DNA of 64,000 nt from Microcoleus sp. (GTDB taxonomy: Bacteria; Cyanobacteriota; Cyanobacteriia; Cyanobacteriales; Microcoleaceae), in the NCBI GenBank assembly GCA_042408215.1, contig JAYFMW010000028.1, positions 160,001 to 224,000 of the forward strand, written 5' to 3'. Position numbers and translations under genes: made by a program. Position 1 is the first letter of the stretch; every line of letters starts with the position of its first letter. Of this stretch, positions 39,633 to 50,134 are shown piece after piece. The notes under the pieces are model-generated. The model ran no database searches. It worked only from the letters and a program-made list of their open reading frames with translations, and was not told the DNA's origin.

Positions 39633-39892
39633 ATAGTAAAACTTCATTAAGATTGTAAGCATCAATAGACAATGGTAGTATCATATAGTCAGAAGTGTCG
39701 ATTGATTAACGCCGATGTTAACGGGTCTTACCATATTTTGAGAAAAGCAATCCCAAATGCGTTTAGCGATGGGATAGAGAGCTGCGTAGTTCAGCCGAGG
39801 CGGGTTAATCCGCTCGAAGTGAAAGCGAAAGGGGAGGGACTTCATGCCTCCCACGGCACTGTAATAAATGACTATACTTTTACCAGCTATAG
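39633..39892 (+). mobile_element. Internally deleted tnpB-family (IS200/IS605 or IS607) remnant
   Basis: Encodes INADVNGSYHILRKAIPNAFSDGIESCVVQPRRVNP, the TnpB RuvC-III/C-terminal motif, only ~70 bp after a putative left end (ATAGTAAAAC...). Boundaries approximate. Confidence 0.7.
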
Positions 39893-40062
39893 GGTAAAAA
39901 ATTGATTTGACGAGGTTGGCAATTTTGCCGGTCGAGCGTACAATTCCCCACAGGCGAGAATATTAATTTAGGTTAAGCTAGTGTTTGAGCTAGAAATCCC
40001 GAATGTTCAGCCAACTCTAAGTTTTAGAGATTGTGGATAAATATAGAAAAGAGTAAACAGCA

Positions 40063-40356
40063 ATGAATGCTTCATGGACGCGACTTTTGAGGTCTGCTTA
40101 CCGTAGAGATCCTATTACCAGCTTTGTTGTAACAGTGGGCGTTGTCGATGCAGCGATCGGCAGTATCGGTGCCAGTGGCTCTTTATTGGCTTTTGGGCTG
40201 GGTACTGCTGGGGTGGCGATCGCTCTGAGGTGGTGGCAGATTTACCGCTCTCAATCCGAACAACCGGCGCCAGCTCCAGAATACTATCTCCCTCCTCACT
40301 CTTCTCGACCTCAGTTGCCCGTACTCAACCTGTCTAAGAAAAATCCTCCCTATTAA
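40063..40356 (+). CDS. Small conserved membrane protein
   Basis: AYRRDPITSFVVTVG.VDAAIG, two TM helices, Pro-rich tail. Confidence 0.75.
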   Translation: MNASWTRLLRSAYRRDPITSFVVTVGVVDAAIGSIGASGSLLAFGLGTAGVAIALRWWQIYRSQSEQPAPAPEYYLPPHSSRPQLPVLNLSKKNPPY

Positions 40357-40744
40357 GGGTACTGGGCAATGGCAACTGGGTGAGGCAAATATAGATGTTA
40401 TAGGTGTTATCAAAGAGGAAGGGAAGGAAATTAACATTTCCTTCCCTTGATTGTTTTGTCGATCGCGAAGTCGATCGCGAAGTCGATCGTTTTGGGCTTT
40501 TAGCTGTTTTCGCAGAGTTTGCTGTTGCTTTTTGAGCTGTCGAGATCTGGCTGAGCCACCTTTACCAAAGTAGTAGAGATTTAATTTTTTTTTACAGCAA
40601 TGCAGTTGTCGCCAGAAATTTGTTGCTGAAATATGATGCCATCTGGCTGTTGCTGAAGCCAATTAATTTGTTTGTGAATAGCTTCTCAATTGCTAGCTTG
40701 CTAATTGTTGCGATAATTAGTCATTTCTCAAATGTCAAATCGAA

Positions 40745-41620
40745 TTACCTTAAACCCAATAATAGGGCGATTCCGGCGATCGCAACAACTACGCCCACAA
40801 CAGCCCTGAGACTCACCTTTTCGCCCGTCAGCGCAGAAGCAGGGAGTATAAATAGGGGGCTGGTAGAATTAAGTGCCTGAGCAATTCCTGCGGGTGCATA
40901 TTTAAATGAAGTCTGTTGTAGAAAAATGCCTAAATAAGTTCCTAAAAAAGCTGCTACTACAATTGCACCTAGGATTTTTGGCGCTTTTAATTGTTTCAAA
41001 CTTTCAGCGTTTGTTCGGTTAAAAAACAATAGCATTACCGTCATTCCGCCGCTCAAACGTAAAGCTGCTGTCCACAACGGATCGATATCTATTTGAGTAA
41101 AAGCTGCGCGGGATAAAATAGCGGCGCTGGCGTTAGCTGTTTGTCCTAATAAACTCATGCCTAATCCCAGCCAAATATGTTTTGATGGCCAGGCTGTTTC
41201 GGCGGTTCTTTCAGCAATTACCCAAGCTACGCCGCCGATGGTTAAAAGAATGCCAGTACAAGCAATGAGGGATAACTTTTCTTGCAAAAATATGAAAGCA
41301 AATAAAGCTGTTAAAGGGGGAGAAAGTGTTTCCAAAAGCAGTGTTCGCCTCGCTCCCAAATACTTTAATACTATAAACCAAGCAGTGTCTCCGATGCCAA
41401 TTCCCAAGGCTCCGCTGATGAGCAGCATTGCTAAAACATTGGGATTAATTGCGGGTAAAGATTTGCCGAAAATTAGTAGAGTTGAAAGGAGCATGAAAAG
41501 GGCGATCGCGCCTTTGAGTAAATTTAGCACAACTGCGGGAATTTCCTGTCCCACCCGCTGCCAAATGGTCGAAGATAGAGCCCAGACAAATGCAGCAGCT
41601 AAAGCGGCTAATTCACCCAT
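40745..41620 (-). CDS. DMT/EamA family transporter
   Basis: About 10 TM helices; GIGIGDT, LSPP.TA..A..FL.E and STSPLF...GEKVS motifs. Confidence 0.92.
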   Translation of the reverse strand: MGELAALAAAFVWALSSTIWQRVGQEIPAVVLNLLKGAIALFMLLSTLLIFGKSLPAINPNVLAMLLISGALGIGIGDTAWFIVLKYLGARRTLLLETLSPPLTALFAFIFLQEKLSLIACTGILLTIGGVAWVIAERTAETAWPSKHIWLGLGMSLLGQTANASAAILSRAAFTQIDIDPLWTAALRLSGGMTVMLLFFNRTNAESLKQLKAPKILGAIVVAAFLGTYLGIFLQQTSFKYAPAGIAQALNSTSPLFILPASALTGEKVSLRAVVGVVVAIAGIALLLGLR

Positions 41621-41629
41621 AAAATCAGT

Positions 41630-41815
41630 TTGCGGTTGACGGTTGACTGTTGTCTGTTGGCGGTTGACGGTTGACTATTGTCTGTTGACTGTTGTCATTC
41701 CCAATGCCCAATTCCCAATGCCCAATTCCCAATGCCCAATTCCCAATGCCCCATGCCCAATTCCCAATGCCCCATGCCCCATGCCCAATGCCCCATGCCC
41801 CATGCCCCATGCCCA
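41630..41815. repeat. STRR tracts (GTTGACG / CCAATGC / CCCCATG)
   Basis: Tandem heptamers. Confidence 0.9.
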
Positions 41816-41877
41816 ATATAAACTAGGGTTCCAAATGTATCATCTGGAACCCTAGATTTATTAAGATATTTTAGTAG

Positions 41878-41959
41878 TGGGCGGGGAGAGAATCGAACTC
41901 TCATACCTTTCGGTGTCAGATTTTGAGTCTGATGCGTCTACCAATTTCGCCACCCGCCC
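41878..41959 (-). tRNA. trnL: tRNA-Leu(CAA)
   Basis: GGGCGGG acceptor stem, D-loop GGCGAAATTGGTAGACGC, anticodon arm TCAGA-CTCAAAA-TCTGA, long variable arm, GAGAGTTCGATTCTCTC T-arm; CCA not encoded. Confidence 0.95.
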
Positions 41960-42810
41960 TTGTGGTTGGCTTTACCATCATAACACACCGATCGCGATTG
42001 TGCAAGCAAAGATTCATAATTTTTTGAACTTGCCCATCGGTCGATCTCTCTGGCCCGCAATACTGGCACTGGATGGGACAACTGAGCCGTTTGAGCCTGT
42101 TTGAGCATTTCCCCCAGTTGAGTGCTGCTGAGGTCATCGTAGGCCCGCGCCTGGGCCAAAAACGCATCGACATTAAGTTTGGGAGCCAAAGTCGGGGAAC
42201 CTCCGGCCAGTTTCATCAGCACCGATGCTACCACTTTTGGGTCTTGGGTGGCGAGCAAAGCGGCGCGATCGCAAGTAAACTCGGCACACCGGAGCCATTC
42301 CAAGATTTGCGCCTGCAAACCCTGCACTAGGACAGTTCCCAAAGGCGAAACTTGACCAGCGGCTAACACAATTAAATTAGCCAGAGTCAAGTAAACTCCA
42401 TGTTCGCACTTCAAATGCCCCAACTCGTGACCAATTACCGCCTTAACTTCCTCATCTGTGAGTAAATCAATCAGAGAAGTGTGCATCACCACAAAAGGCT
42501 GCTTTCCCCGCATCGCAAAAGTGTAGGCATTCGGCATCGGATGCTGGCGCACATAAAGCTGCGGCACTTCCAAATCGAGAGTTTGGCAGGCATCCAAGAG
42601 CAAATGATGCAGATGAGGCAATTGATTTTCGCCGACTTGGACGCTGGAAGCCAGATGTTCGAGCATGAAAAACTGTTCGCCAAGTTGTCCAAGCAACTGC
42701 CGCACCATCAAATCCAGGCCGGGCAGTTGTTTGAGAGTATTGGTTGCTTCCAAGTCTAGGGGGTGACGAAACTGGTCTGCTTTCAAACCGATTAGCGGTA
42801 TATTCGACAT
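41938..42810 (-). CDS. M48 family zinc metallopeptidase
   Basis: [15 protein letters not shown] (HExxH), AEFTCDRA and SHP...R motifs. Probable start ATG 42810; the 3' end overlaps the tRNA. Confidence 0.93.
   Translation of the reverse strand: MSNIPLIGLKADQFRHPLDLEATNTLKQLPGLDLMVRQLLGQLGEQFFMLEHLASSVQVGENQLPHLHHLLLDACQTLDLEVPQLYVRQHPMPNAYTFAMRGKQPFVVMHTSLIDLLTDEEVKAVIGHELGHLKCEHGVYLTLANLIVLAAGQVSPLGTVLVQGLQAQILEWLRCAEFTCDRAALLATQDPKVVASVLMKLAGGSPTLAPKLNVDAFLAQARAYDDLSSTQLGEMLKQAQTAQLSHPVPVLRAREIDRWASSKNYESLLAQSRSVCYDGKANHKGGWRNW
41977..42005 (-). promoter_or_regulatory. Probable tRNA-Leu promoter inside the M48 peptidase coding sequence
   Basis: TTGCAC-17-TATGAT with TGn extension; the -10 box ends 17 nt upstream of the tRNA 5' end. 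Confidence 0.65.
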
Positions 42811-42822
42811 TATTTTAGTCAG

Positions 42823-43101
42823 TTGGGAATTGGGAATTGGGAATTGGGAATTGGTCATTGGTCATTGGTCATTGGTCATTGGGAATCGGGAATTGGTCAT
42901 TGGTCATTGGTCATTGGTTATTGGTTATTGGTTATTAAAGTTTGTAGTAAGGACTTTCTACTAACTAATGACCCTTCGACTACGCTCAGGGCACCGCTAC
43001 TAACTAATGACTAATGACTACTGACTAATGACTACTGACTAATGACTAATGACTAATGACTACTGACTAATGACTAATGACTAATGACTGCTGACTAATG
43101 A
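42823..43101. repeat. STRR tracts (GGGAATT, GGTCATT, TGACTAA) with an embedded TTCGACTACGCTCAG repeat
   Basis: Read directly from the sequence. Confidence 0.9.
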
Positions 43102-44493
43102 CTACTTTAATCCCGATCGCACGGGTTCGACAGGAGCCTCAGCATTAACTGGTTCTCCTGCCTCTTTCACGCGCTGCAATTTAGCTCCCAATTTTTGCAG
43201 TTTCGCCTCAAACTGCTCGTAACCACGGTCTAAATGCTGCAAACTGCTGATTGTGGTGACACCATCGGCTGCAAGTCCCGCCAGCACCAAAGCCGCCGAA
43301 GCCCGCAAATCTGTTGCTGTGACCGGCGCTCCCGATAGCCGCGACACCCCGCGCACCACAGCCACATTGCCTTTAACGCGAATGTCCGCGCCCATGCGAT
43401 TGAGTTCGGCTACGTGCCGCAAGCGGTTCTCAAAAACTGTTTCATTAATTATGCTGTCGCCCTCGCTCATAGTTAGCAAAGCCATAAACGGAGCTTGCAT
43501 ATCTGTGGGGAAACCTGGGTAAGGCAGAGTTTCGATGTCTGTAGCTGTATGAATCCGGCCTGGAACTATCCGCAAAATGTCGGGAGATTCGACAATAATT
43601 TGCGCCCCCATTGTCTGCAACTTGGCAATTAAGGCCGTCAGGTGGTCGGGAATTACTGGTGATAAACTGATTTCGGAGTGAGTAATAGCTCCTGCTAGTA
43701 AAAATGTTCCTGCTTCGATGCGATCGGGAATAATTGAATAGTCCACGGAGTGAAGTTTGGGAACTCCCGAAATGACGATCGTATTAGTACCAGCGCCCTG
43801 AATTTTCGCTCCCATTGCGCGACAGAAATTCGCCAAATCAGCGACTTCCGGTTCTTGAGCCGCATTTTCAATGATGGTTTCTCCCTCGGCTAAGGTAGCA
43901 GCCATCATCAAAGTTTCCGTGGCTCCGACGCTGGGGTAATCTAAATAAATTTTAGCTCCCTGTAAACGACGGTTGGGCCCTTTGACGTAGGCGTGAACGG
44001 TGCCGTGGTCGATGTGGACTTCGGCGCCGAGGGCTTGCAGACCCCGAACGTGGAGCTCAACGGGCCGGGCACCGATGGCGCACCCACCGGGTAAGGGGAC
44101 TTTGGCAAATCCCAAACGTGCTAACAGTGGGCCAATGATAAAGAAGCTCGCCCGCAGTTGGCTGACTAATTCGTAGGGAGCTTGAGCATCTATGAGTTGG
44201 CTGGCATTGATCTCTAAAACGTCCCCATTTGCCTCTATTTTGACTCCTACAGCCGACAAAATTTGCCCCATGCGGGCGACATCGACTAGGGAGGGAACGT
44301 TGCGTAGACGGCAATCTTCCGGGCAGAGGATGGCACCGGCCATGACTACTAAGGCGGAGTTTTTGGCGCCACTGATTTTGACCTGTCCTTTGAGGGGCTG
44401 GCGACCCCAAATTTTTAATACTGGTTGGTCGCTTTCGGGTGAAGATGGAAGATTGGACGAGTTCTGAGCTGGTGTAATGGGTTTGCCCTCCAT
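43102..44493 (-). CDS. murA: UDP-N-acetylglucosamine 1-carboxyvinyltransferase
   Basis: [43 protein letters not shown] and HLDRGY motifs. Confidence 0.98.
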   Translation of the reverse strand: MEGKPITPAQNSSNLPSSPESDQPVLKIWGRQPLKGQVKISGAKNSALVVMAGAILCPEDCRLRNVPSLVDVARMGQILSAVGVKIEANGDVLEINASQLIDAQAPYELVSQLRASFFIIGPLLARLGFAKVPLPGGCAIGARPVELHVRGLQALGAEVHIDHGTVHAYVKGPNRRLQGAKIYLDYPSVGATETLMMAATLAEGETIIENAAQEPEVADLANFCRAMGAKIQGAGTNTIVISGVPKLHSVDYSIIPDRIEAGTFLLAGAITHSEISLSPVIPDHLTALIAKLQTMGAQIIVESPDILRIVPGRIHTATDIETLPYPGFPTDMQAPFMALLTMSEGDSIINETVFENRLRHVAELNRMGADIRVKGNVAVVRGVSRLSGAPVTATDLRASAALVLAGLAADGVTTISSLQHLDRGYEQFEAKLQKLGAKLQRVKEAGEPVNAEAPVEPVRSGLK

Positions 44494-44801
44494 AAGTGTT
44501 TCGTTACTTTATACTTTATTAATTTTGGTTTCGATTTTACCGGAAAGATTTGATATGTCTAGGGGGGATGGGAATAATTCTAGGGATTGAATTTGCTAAG
44601 TGCGGTGGGGTGAGGCTTTCCGGTTCCTTCGCCCAAATGCTTTGGCGATCGCCTCAAACATAAACCGTATCAAAGTTTACATTTTTTTGAGGGCTTTCGG
44701 TTTGGCCGATCGAAATCGCGAAAGTTGAAACTTGGTTCATCATCGATCGTGCTTGTGTTACCTTGGAACAACTACTTAGAGCCCAAAGCTAGTCCTAGCA
44801 T

Positions 44802-47800
44802 ATGGTTCACATTAAACGGATCGAACTAACTAACTTTAAATCTTTTGGGGGCACGACGGCCATTCCCGTGCTACCCGGTTTTACTGTGGTTTCGGGCCCC
44901 AACGGTTCTGGGAAGTCCAATATCCTCGATGCTTTGCTGTTTTGTCTGGGACTTTCGACTTCTAAGGGTATGCGGGCTGAACGTTTGCCGGATTTGGTGA
45001 ACAATGCCCAACATAAGCGCGGTACGATCGAATCTAGTGTAACTGCAACATTCGCTCTCGAAGGTGTGGGAGATGAATGGTTTGCTGATGACGAAGACGA
45101 GAATGAATATGAAGATGCAGCAGATGATTTATCTGAAGCAGCAGAAGCAGAAGCAGAAGTAGTAGAAGCGATCGATATTCCAGAGACTACCGAAAATAAC
45201 GGACAATTACCTACCAATCCAAAATCGTCTAATCGAAAATCCAAAATCGAAAATCGAAAATCGGATGAGTGGAGTGTGACGCGCAAACTGCGGGTAACTC
45301 GCCAAGGAACTTACACTTCGACTTATTATATTAATGGCGAACCTTGCACCCTGACTCAACTGCACGAACAACTCAATCGTTTGCGAATTTATCCCGAAGG
45401 TTATAACGTCGTATTGCAAGGCGATGTTACTAGCATTATTTCGATGAATTCTAAGGAACGCCGAGAAATAATTGATGAGTTGGCTGGGGTGGCTCAGTTC
45501 GATCGCAAAATCTCCTTAGCTAGGCAGAAATTGGATGAAGTTAAGGATGTGGAAGAACGCAGCCGGATTGTGGAGAAAGAGTTGATTTCTCAGCGCGATC
45601 GACTGGCGAGCGATCGCACAAAAGCGGAAAAATATCAAAAGTTGCGGGCGGAATTCCAAGAAAAGTCGCAGTGGGAAATTGTCCTAAAGTTCCGACAGTT
45701 GCAAAAGCAAGAATGGAAACTGCGGGAACAAATCGAAGCGGGCGATCGCAATTCTACCGAACTCACCGAACAACTGCAAACAACTAACACTCAAATTCAA
45801 GCAGCAACGGCAGAACTTGACGCACTAAATGCCCGCGTTAAAGCTTTGGGAGAGTCGGAATTGTTGGCGCTACAATCGACTATGGCGACGCAAGAAGCGG
45901 AACGGCGGCAATTGCAAAACCGCAAGCAGGAGTTGGAAACAACTGCTGGGCAACTGGCTGCTAATATAGCACAAACTGAGCAAGAAATTCGGCAATTCCG
46001 GCAAAGTTTGGAGCAAATTGAGATTGAAATATCTTATGTTAAGTCTCAAACAGGAACTTTGGCAGAACAGCGGGATGAAGCTGGGCAAATTTTAGAGAAG
46101 AATCGGGAAGTTGCAAATGCGATCGCCTCGACTGCGGAAGTTTGGGTGCAGCAGCAAACGGAACTGCACCGCCAAATAGAAACTCTTCAGCAAAGTTTGG
46201 AGCCGCAGCGCGCGGAACAAGCTGCGATTGGAGAAAGAGTCGATCGCCTGGAAAGTCAAATTCAAGAACAAAACCAATCCCTACAAGTATTAGCACAGGA
46301 AATTGCAGGGAAAAAAGTTGAGCAATCCCAACTTTTGGCAACTCAAGAAGTTGTATCTTTGCAAGTAGAATCCCTGACTCAAATTGGAGCCGGAAATGAA
46401 CAAGAATTGCAACTACAGCAAGAAACTCAAACTCGTTTGTTGTCAGAACAACGGGAAAGACAACGAAAATTAGACAAGCTGGAAATGCAGTTTCAAGCAC
46501 TGCAAGAAGCGACGGGAACTTTTACGGCAAAAATTGTCGTGCAAAGCGGAATTGGTGGGATTTGCGGGCTGGTGGCTCAACTGGGAAGGGTGGAACCTCG
46601 CTATCAGTTAGCCTTGGAAATTGCGGCGGGCGGCCGGATGGGAAATATGGTGGTGGAAGATGACAGTGTGGCGGCGGCGGCGATTGAATTGTTGAAAGAA
46701 AAACGGGCTGGTAGGATGACGTTTTTGCCGATGAATAAAATTAGAGGTGGCAGATTTTCGGTGAATGAAAATGTGCGGCGCGCCCAGGGTTTTGTGGATT
46801 GTGCTGTGAATTTGATTGAGTGCGATTCGCGGTATAATGAGATTTTTGCTTACGTTTTTGGCGGTACGGTTGTGTTTGGCAATCTCAGTGATGCTCGCCG
46901 CTATTTGGGACAGTACCGGATTGTTACTTTGGATGGGGAAATTTTGGAGACGAGCGGGGCGATGACTGGTGGTAGTTATAGCAACAGATCGACCTTGCAT
47001 TTTGGTACGGTTGATGTTAGTGAGGCGCAGGTTGAAGCGAGGACGATCGCCTATGAGCAAGAACGGCTTGAGGAAATTGAGCGGATTTTAGAACGGTGCA
47101 AAATTGCGATCGATCGCGCTTCTGTTGCTGTCAAAACCAACAGTCAGGAATTGATGGAAGCTAAACAAAATTTGCGGGAAAATCAGTTGCGGCGGTCACA
47201 GTTGGCGGCAGAAATTCAGAAGTTGGAAGCGCAACAGGAACAAGGGCGATCGCAAATTACGAAAAATACTCAGGAATTAACTAATTCCCAGTCCAGATTG
47301 CAGTTGCTGGAACGCGAATTGCCCGGAAAGGAAACCGAATTGCAGCAGTATCGCCAAACTTTGGCGCAGTTGGAAGAGTCCAACAGTCACAGCGAATGGC
47401 AGCAAATGCAATCAGGTCTTCGGACTCTGGAAGCGCAACTGCAAGAGCGAGAATTGGCTCTCAGAAACGTCCAGCAGCGCCTTGTAGACCTGGAAAATCA
47501 ATTCGGGCGTTGGGAGGAGAAAATTAAAGCAGGCAGCCAGAAGCTACAGGAATGGCAAATGCAGCAACATACTTGCGCGGATGCTCTTAACCTGATTGTT
47601 TCTCAGCAGTCGGCGATTGAGCAGCAAATTGCGGAAGCTAGGGCTGCTGTGGCTACAATTGAGGAAAAATTGGGTGTGCAAAAGGGCGATCGCGATCGGG
47701 CAGAATCGAACTTGCGAGAAAAACATTTAGCCAAACAACAGTTACAATGGCAGTTGCAAAAACTGCATGAAAGCCAGCAAGAGCGCCGGGAACAATTGAC

Positions 47801-48524
47801 CGCAGTTCGCGATCTATTGGCAGCTCAGCGGGCGGAAATGCCCGATCCCGTCCCGTCGATTCCCGAAAATGTTGAGAAAGGCAATTTGATGGAATTGCAG
47901 CAGGAAGTAAAGGCGATCGCCAAACGCATTCAAGCTCTAGAACCGGTCAATATGCTAGCCTTAGAAGAATACAATCGCACTCAAGAACGCTTGCAAGAAT
48001 TGAGTCAAAAATTGACAACCTTGGAAGGTGAACGGACGGAACTGCTGTTGAGAATCGAAAACTTTACCACCCTACGGCGACGCGCTTTTAAAGAAGCTTT
48101 TGATGCTGTTAATGAGAACTTCCAGACTATCTTTGCGGAACTTTCCGAAGGTGACGGCTATCTCCAGCTAGATGACCAGGAAGACCCTTTCAGCAGCGGT
48201 TTGAATCTAGTCGCTCACCCGAAAGGTAAACCTGTACAGCGGCTGGCTTCTATGTCTGGAGGCGAAAAATCCTTGACGGCGCTGAGTTTTATTTTTGCGC
48301 TTCAACGCTACCGCCCGTCTACGTTCTACGCTTTTGATGAGGTGGATATGTTTCTGGATGGGGCAAATGTGGAGCGATTAGCTAGAATGATAAAGCGACA
48401 GTCTGAACAAGCCCAGTTTATTGTTGTGAGTTTGCGGCGCCCTATGATTCAATCGGCTGAGCGTACAATTGGCGTTACCCAAGCGCGGGGAGCTTATACT
48501 CAAGTCATAGGACTGAAGTTGTAG
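44802..48524 (+). CDS. smc: Chromosome segregation protein SMC
   Basis: GPNGSGKSN, long coiled coils, hinge (AGRMTFLP, VTLDGE...GAMTGG), MSGGEKS and DEVD motifs. Confidence 0.98.
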   Translation: MVHIKRIELTNFKSFGGTTAIPVLPGFTVVSGPNGSGKSNILDALLFCLGLSTSKGMRAERLPDLVNNAQHKRGTIESSVTATFALEGVGDEWFADDEDENEYEDAADDLSEAAEAEAEVVEAIDIPETTENNGQLPTNPKSSNRKSKIENRKSDEWSVTRKLRVTRQGTYTSTYYINGEPCTLTQLHEQLNRLRIYPEGYNVVLQGDVTSIISMNSKERREIIDELAGVAQFDRKISLARQKLDEVKDVEERSRIVEKELISQRDRLASDRTKAEKYQKLRAEFQEKSQWEIVLKFRQLQKQEWKLREQIEAGDRNSTELTEQLQTTNTQIQAATAELDALNARVKALGESELLALQSTMATQEAERRQLQNRKQELETTAGQLAANIAQTEQEIRQFRQSLEQIEIEISYVKSQTGTLAEQRDEAGQILEKNREVANAIASTAEVWVQQQTELHRQIETLQQSLEPQRAEQAAIGERVDRLESQIQEQNQSLQVLAQEIAGKKVEQSQLLATQEVVSLQVESLTQIGAGNEQELQLQQETQTRLLSEQRERQRKLDKLEMQFQALQEATGTFTAKIVVQSGIGGICGLVAQLGRVEPRYQLALEIAAGGRMGNMVVEDDSVAAAAIELLKEKRAGRMTFLPMNKIRGGRFSVNENVRRAQGFVDCAVNLIECDSRYNEIFAYVFGGTVVFGNLSDARRYLGQYRIVTLDGEILETSGAMTGGSYSNRSTLHFGTVDVSEAQVEARTIAYEQERLEEIERILERCKIAIDRASVAVKTNSQELMEAKQNLRENQLRRSQLAAEIQKLEAQQEQGRSQITKNTQELTNSQSRLQLLERELPGKETELQQYRQTLAQLEESNSHSEWQQMQSGLRTLEAQLQERELALRNVQQRLVDLENQFGRWEEKIKAGSQKLQEWQMQQHTCADALNLIVSQQSAIEQQIAEARAAVATIEEKLGVQKGDRDRAESNLREKHLAKQQLQWQLQKLHESQQERREQLTAVRDLLAAQRAEMPDPVPSIPENVEKGNLMELQQEVKAIAKRIQALEPVNMLALEEYNRTQERLQELSQKLTTLEGERTELLLRIENFTTLRRRAFKEAFDAVNENFQTIFAELSEGDGYLQLDDQEDPFSSGLNLVAHPKGKPVQRLASMSGGEKSLTALSFIFALQRYRPSTFYAFDEVDMFLDGANVERLARMIKRQSEQAQFIVVSLRRPMIQSAERTIGVTQARGAYTQVIGLKL

Positions 48525-48724
48525 TCCCGGAGCGTCTGTCGATGATCTACCCAAAAACGGACACAAGCCCCCGACTTAATTCGTGGATAGATCAAAATTT
48601 TAGACCAAAGTTCAAGCTCTCACATTCATCTGTGGAGTAAATCTAAAATCTAAAATCTAAAATCTAAAATCGATTGAACGTGTTGAGTGATATATGTACT
48701 TAATAAATCAGGATTAGAGTTAGA

Positions 48725-49738
48725 ATGACATCAGAACAAATCTGCCAACGCTCCGATATTCTAGGCACTCAAGTCATCACCCGCGACAGAGGTAAACGCC
48801 TGGGTGTGGTTAGTCAATTGTGGGTGGACATTGACCGACGGGAAGTTGTGGCGATCGGTCTACGAGATAATATATTTGCAGTGGCTGGAATGCCGAGGTT
48901 TATGTTCCTCACCAGTGTCAGCGAAATCGGCGACGTGCTGTTGGTGGAAGATGAAAGTGCGATCGAAGATGACGTTGATGTTGAAGTCTACAGCATTTTG
49001 ATTAACAGTGAAGTAATTACCGAAACCGGCGAACCTTTGGGTAGAGTGCGGGGCTTTAAGTTCGATCCCGAAGACGGTAAGTTAGTTTCTATCGTCATCG
49101 CTTCCCTGGGAATCCCCCAAATCCCCGACCAAGTTCTCAGCACTTACGAGTTGGGAATTGAGGAAATTGTCAGCAGTGGCCCGAATCGCTTGATTGTATT
49201 TGAAGGTTCCGAGGAACGGATGCGACAGTTGACGGTGGGTTTACTGGAGCGCGTTGGTTTGGGACAAGCCCCTTGGGAACGCGAAGAGGAAGCCGAAGGG
49301 TATTATCCGAAGCCTGTGGGCACGCCGAATCAATTGGGCCCAGGGGTGCGGATACCTGCACCGGAAATGCGTAGCAAAGTAGCGCAGCCTGTGGTTGAGG
49401 AAGCTTGGGACGAAGACTCGCAATGGAATCGGCCTCCGGTGCGACAGCCGATGCGGGCGGTACAGCCTGTTCCGGTGGAGGATGATAAGGATGATTATGA
49501 AGAGGATAATTGGGGCGGCGAGGAGGACGATTACGAGGAGGATGAGTACGAGGAGAAGGAGTATGCTCGCTCTGAGAGTTCTAGGGAAAAGAAACGGGCT
49601 CTGGAGTACGAGTACGATGATGATGTGGAGGCGGATGCTTGGGCTGATGATGAGGCCCCTAAGCCTTACAAAGCGCCTCGCGTGAATATCCCTGAGAAGA
49701 CTAAGGCTCCTGAGTATGAGGAGGAGGCGAATTATTAG
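48725..49738 (+). CDS. PRC-barrel domain protein with an acidic tail
   Basis: Two PRC-like units (GTQVITR..GKRLGVV; NSEVITETGEPLGRV) and a D/E-rich C-terminus. Confidence 0.85.
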   Translation: MTSEQICQRSDILGTQVITRDRGKRLGVVSQLWVDIDRREVVAIGLRDNIFAVAGMPRFMFLTSVSEIGDVLLVEDESAIEDDVDVEVYSILINSEVITETGEPLGRVRGFKFDPEDGKLVSIVIASLGIPQIPDQVLSTYELGIEEIVSSGPNRLIVFEGSEERMRQLTVGLLERVGLGQAPWEREEEAEGYYPKPVGTPNQLGPGVRIPAPEMRSKVAQPVVEEAWDEDSQWNRPPVRQPMRAVQPVPVEDDKDDYEEDNWGGEEDDYEEDEYEEKEYARSESSREKKRALEYEYDDDVEADAWADDEAPKPYKAPRVNIPEKTKAPEYEEEANY

Positions 49739-49804
49739 GAATTCATCGATTAGTCGGGCTCTGGCCAAAAATGCTTTGAGACATTATTGGTATGGGTAAG
49801 GTGC

Positions 49805-50099
49805 GAAAAACCCGGTTTCTGTGATTTTGGGCGTGGCTAGAAACCGGGTTTTTGCCGAGAATATCGTTACACCGCCTAAAAACTGCGAAAAACCCGGTTT
49901 CTTTGATTTGATGCGCGATCGGAAACCGGGTTTTTGAGATAATATCGTTACACCGCCTAAAAACTGCGTGGCTAGAAACCGGGTTTTTGCCGAGAATATC
50001 GTTACACCGCCTAAAAACTGCGAAAAACCCGGTTTCTTTGATTTGATGCGCGATCGTCGGAAACCGGGTTTTGGAGATGGTTGGTGAAACCCGCCCCGA
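49805..50099. repeat. Cluster of duplicated GAAACCGGGTTTTT/AAAAACCCGGTTTC palindromic units
   Basis: The block GCGTGGCTAGAAACCGGG...GATGCGCGATCG occurs twice (about 49830 and 49966) with a partial copy between. Confidence 0.85.
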
Positions 50100-50134
50100 C
50101 GATAAATTATGAAAAAAGATTTCATTAAAAACGG

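Noticed and set aside
39672..39905. 77-aa ORF as a functional gene
   Set aside because: It is a C-terminal TnpB fragment lacking the rest of the nuclease; treated as an element remnant.
40183..40880. ORFs 40183..40662 and 40620..40880
   Set aside because: They overlap better-supported genes on the opposite strand and have no recognisable motifs.
41625..41904. ORFs such as [12 protein letters not shown]...
   Set aside because: Translations of STRR heptamer tracts and the tRNA.
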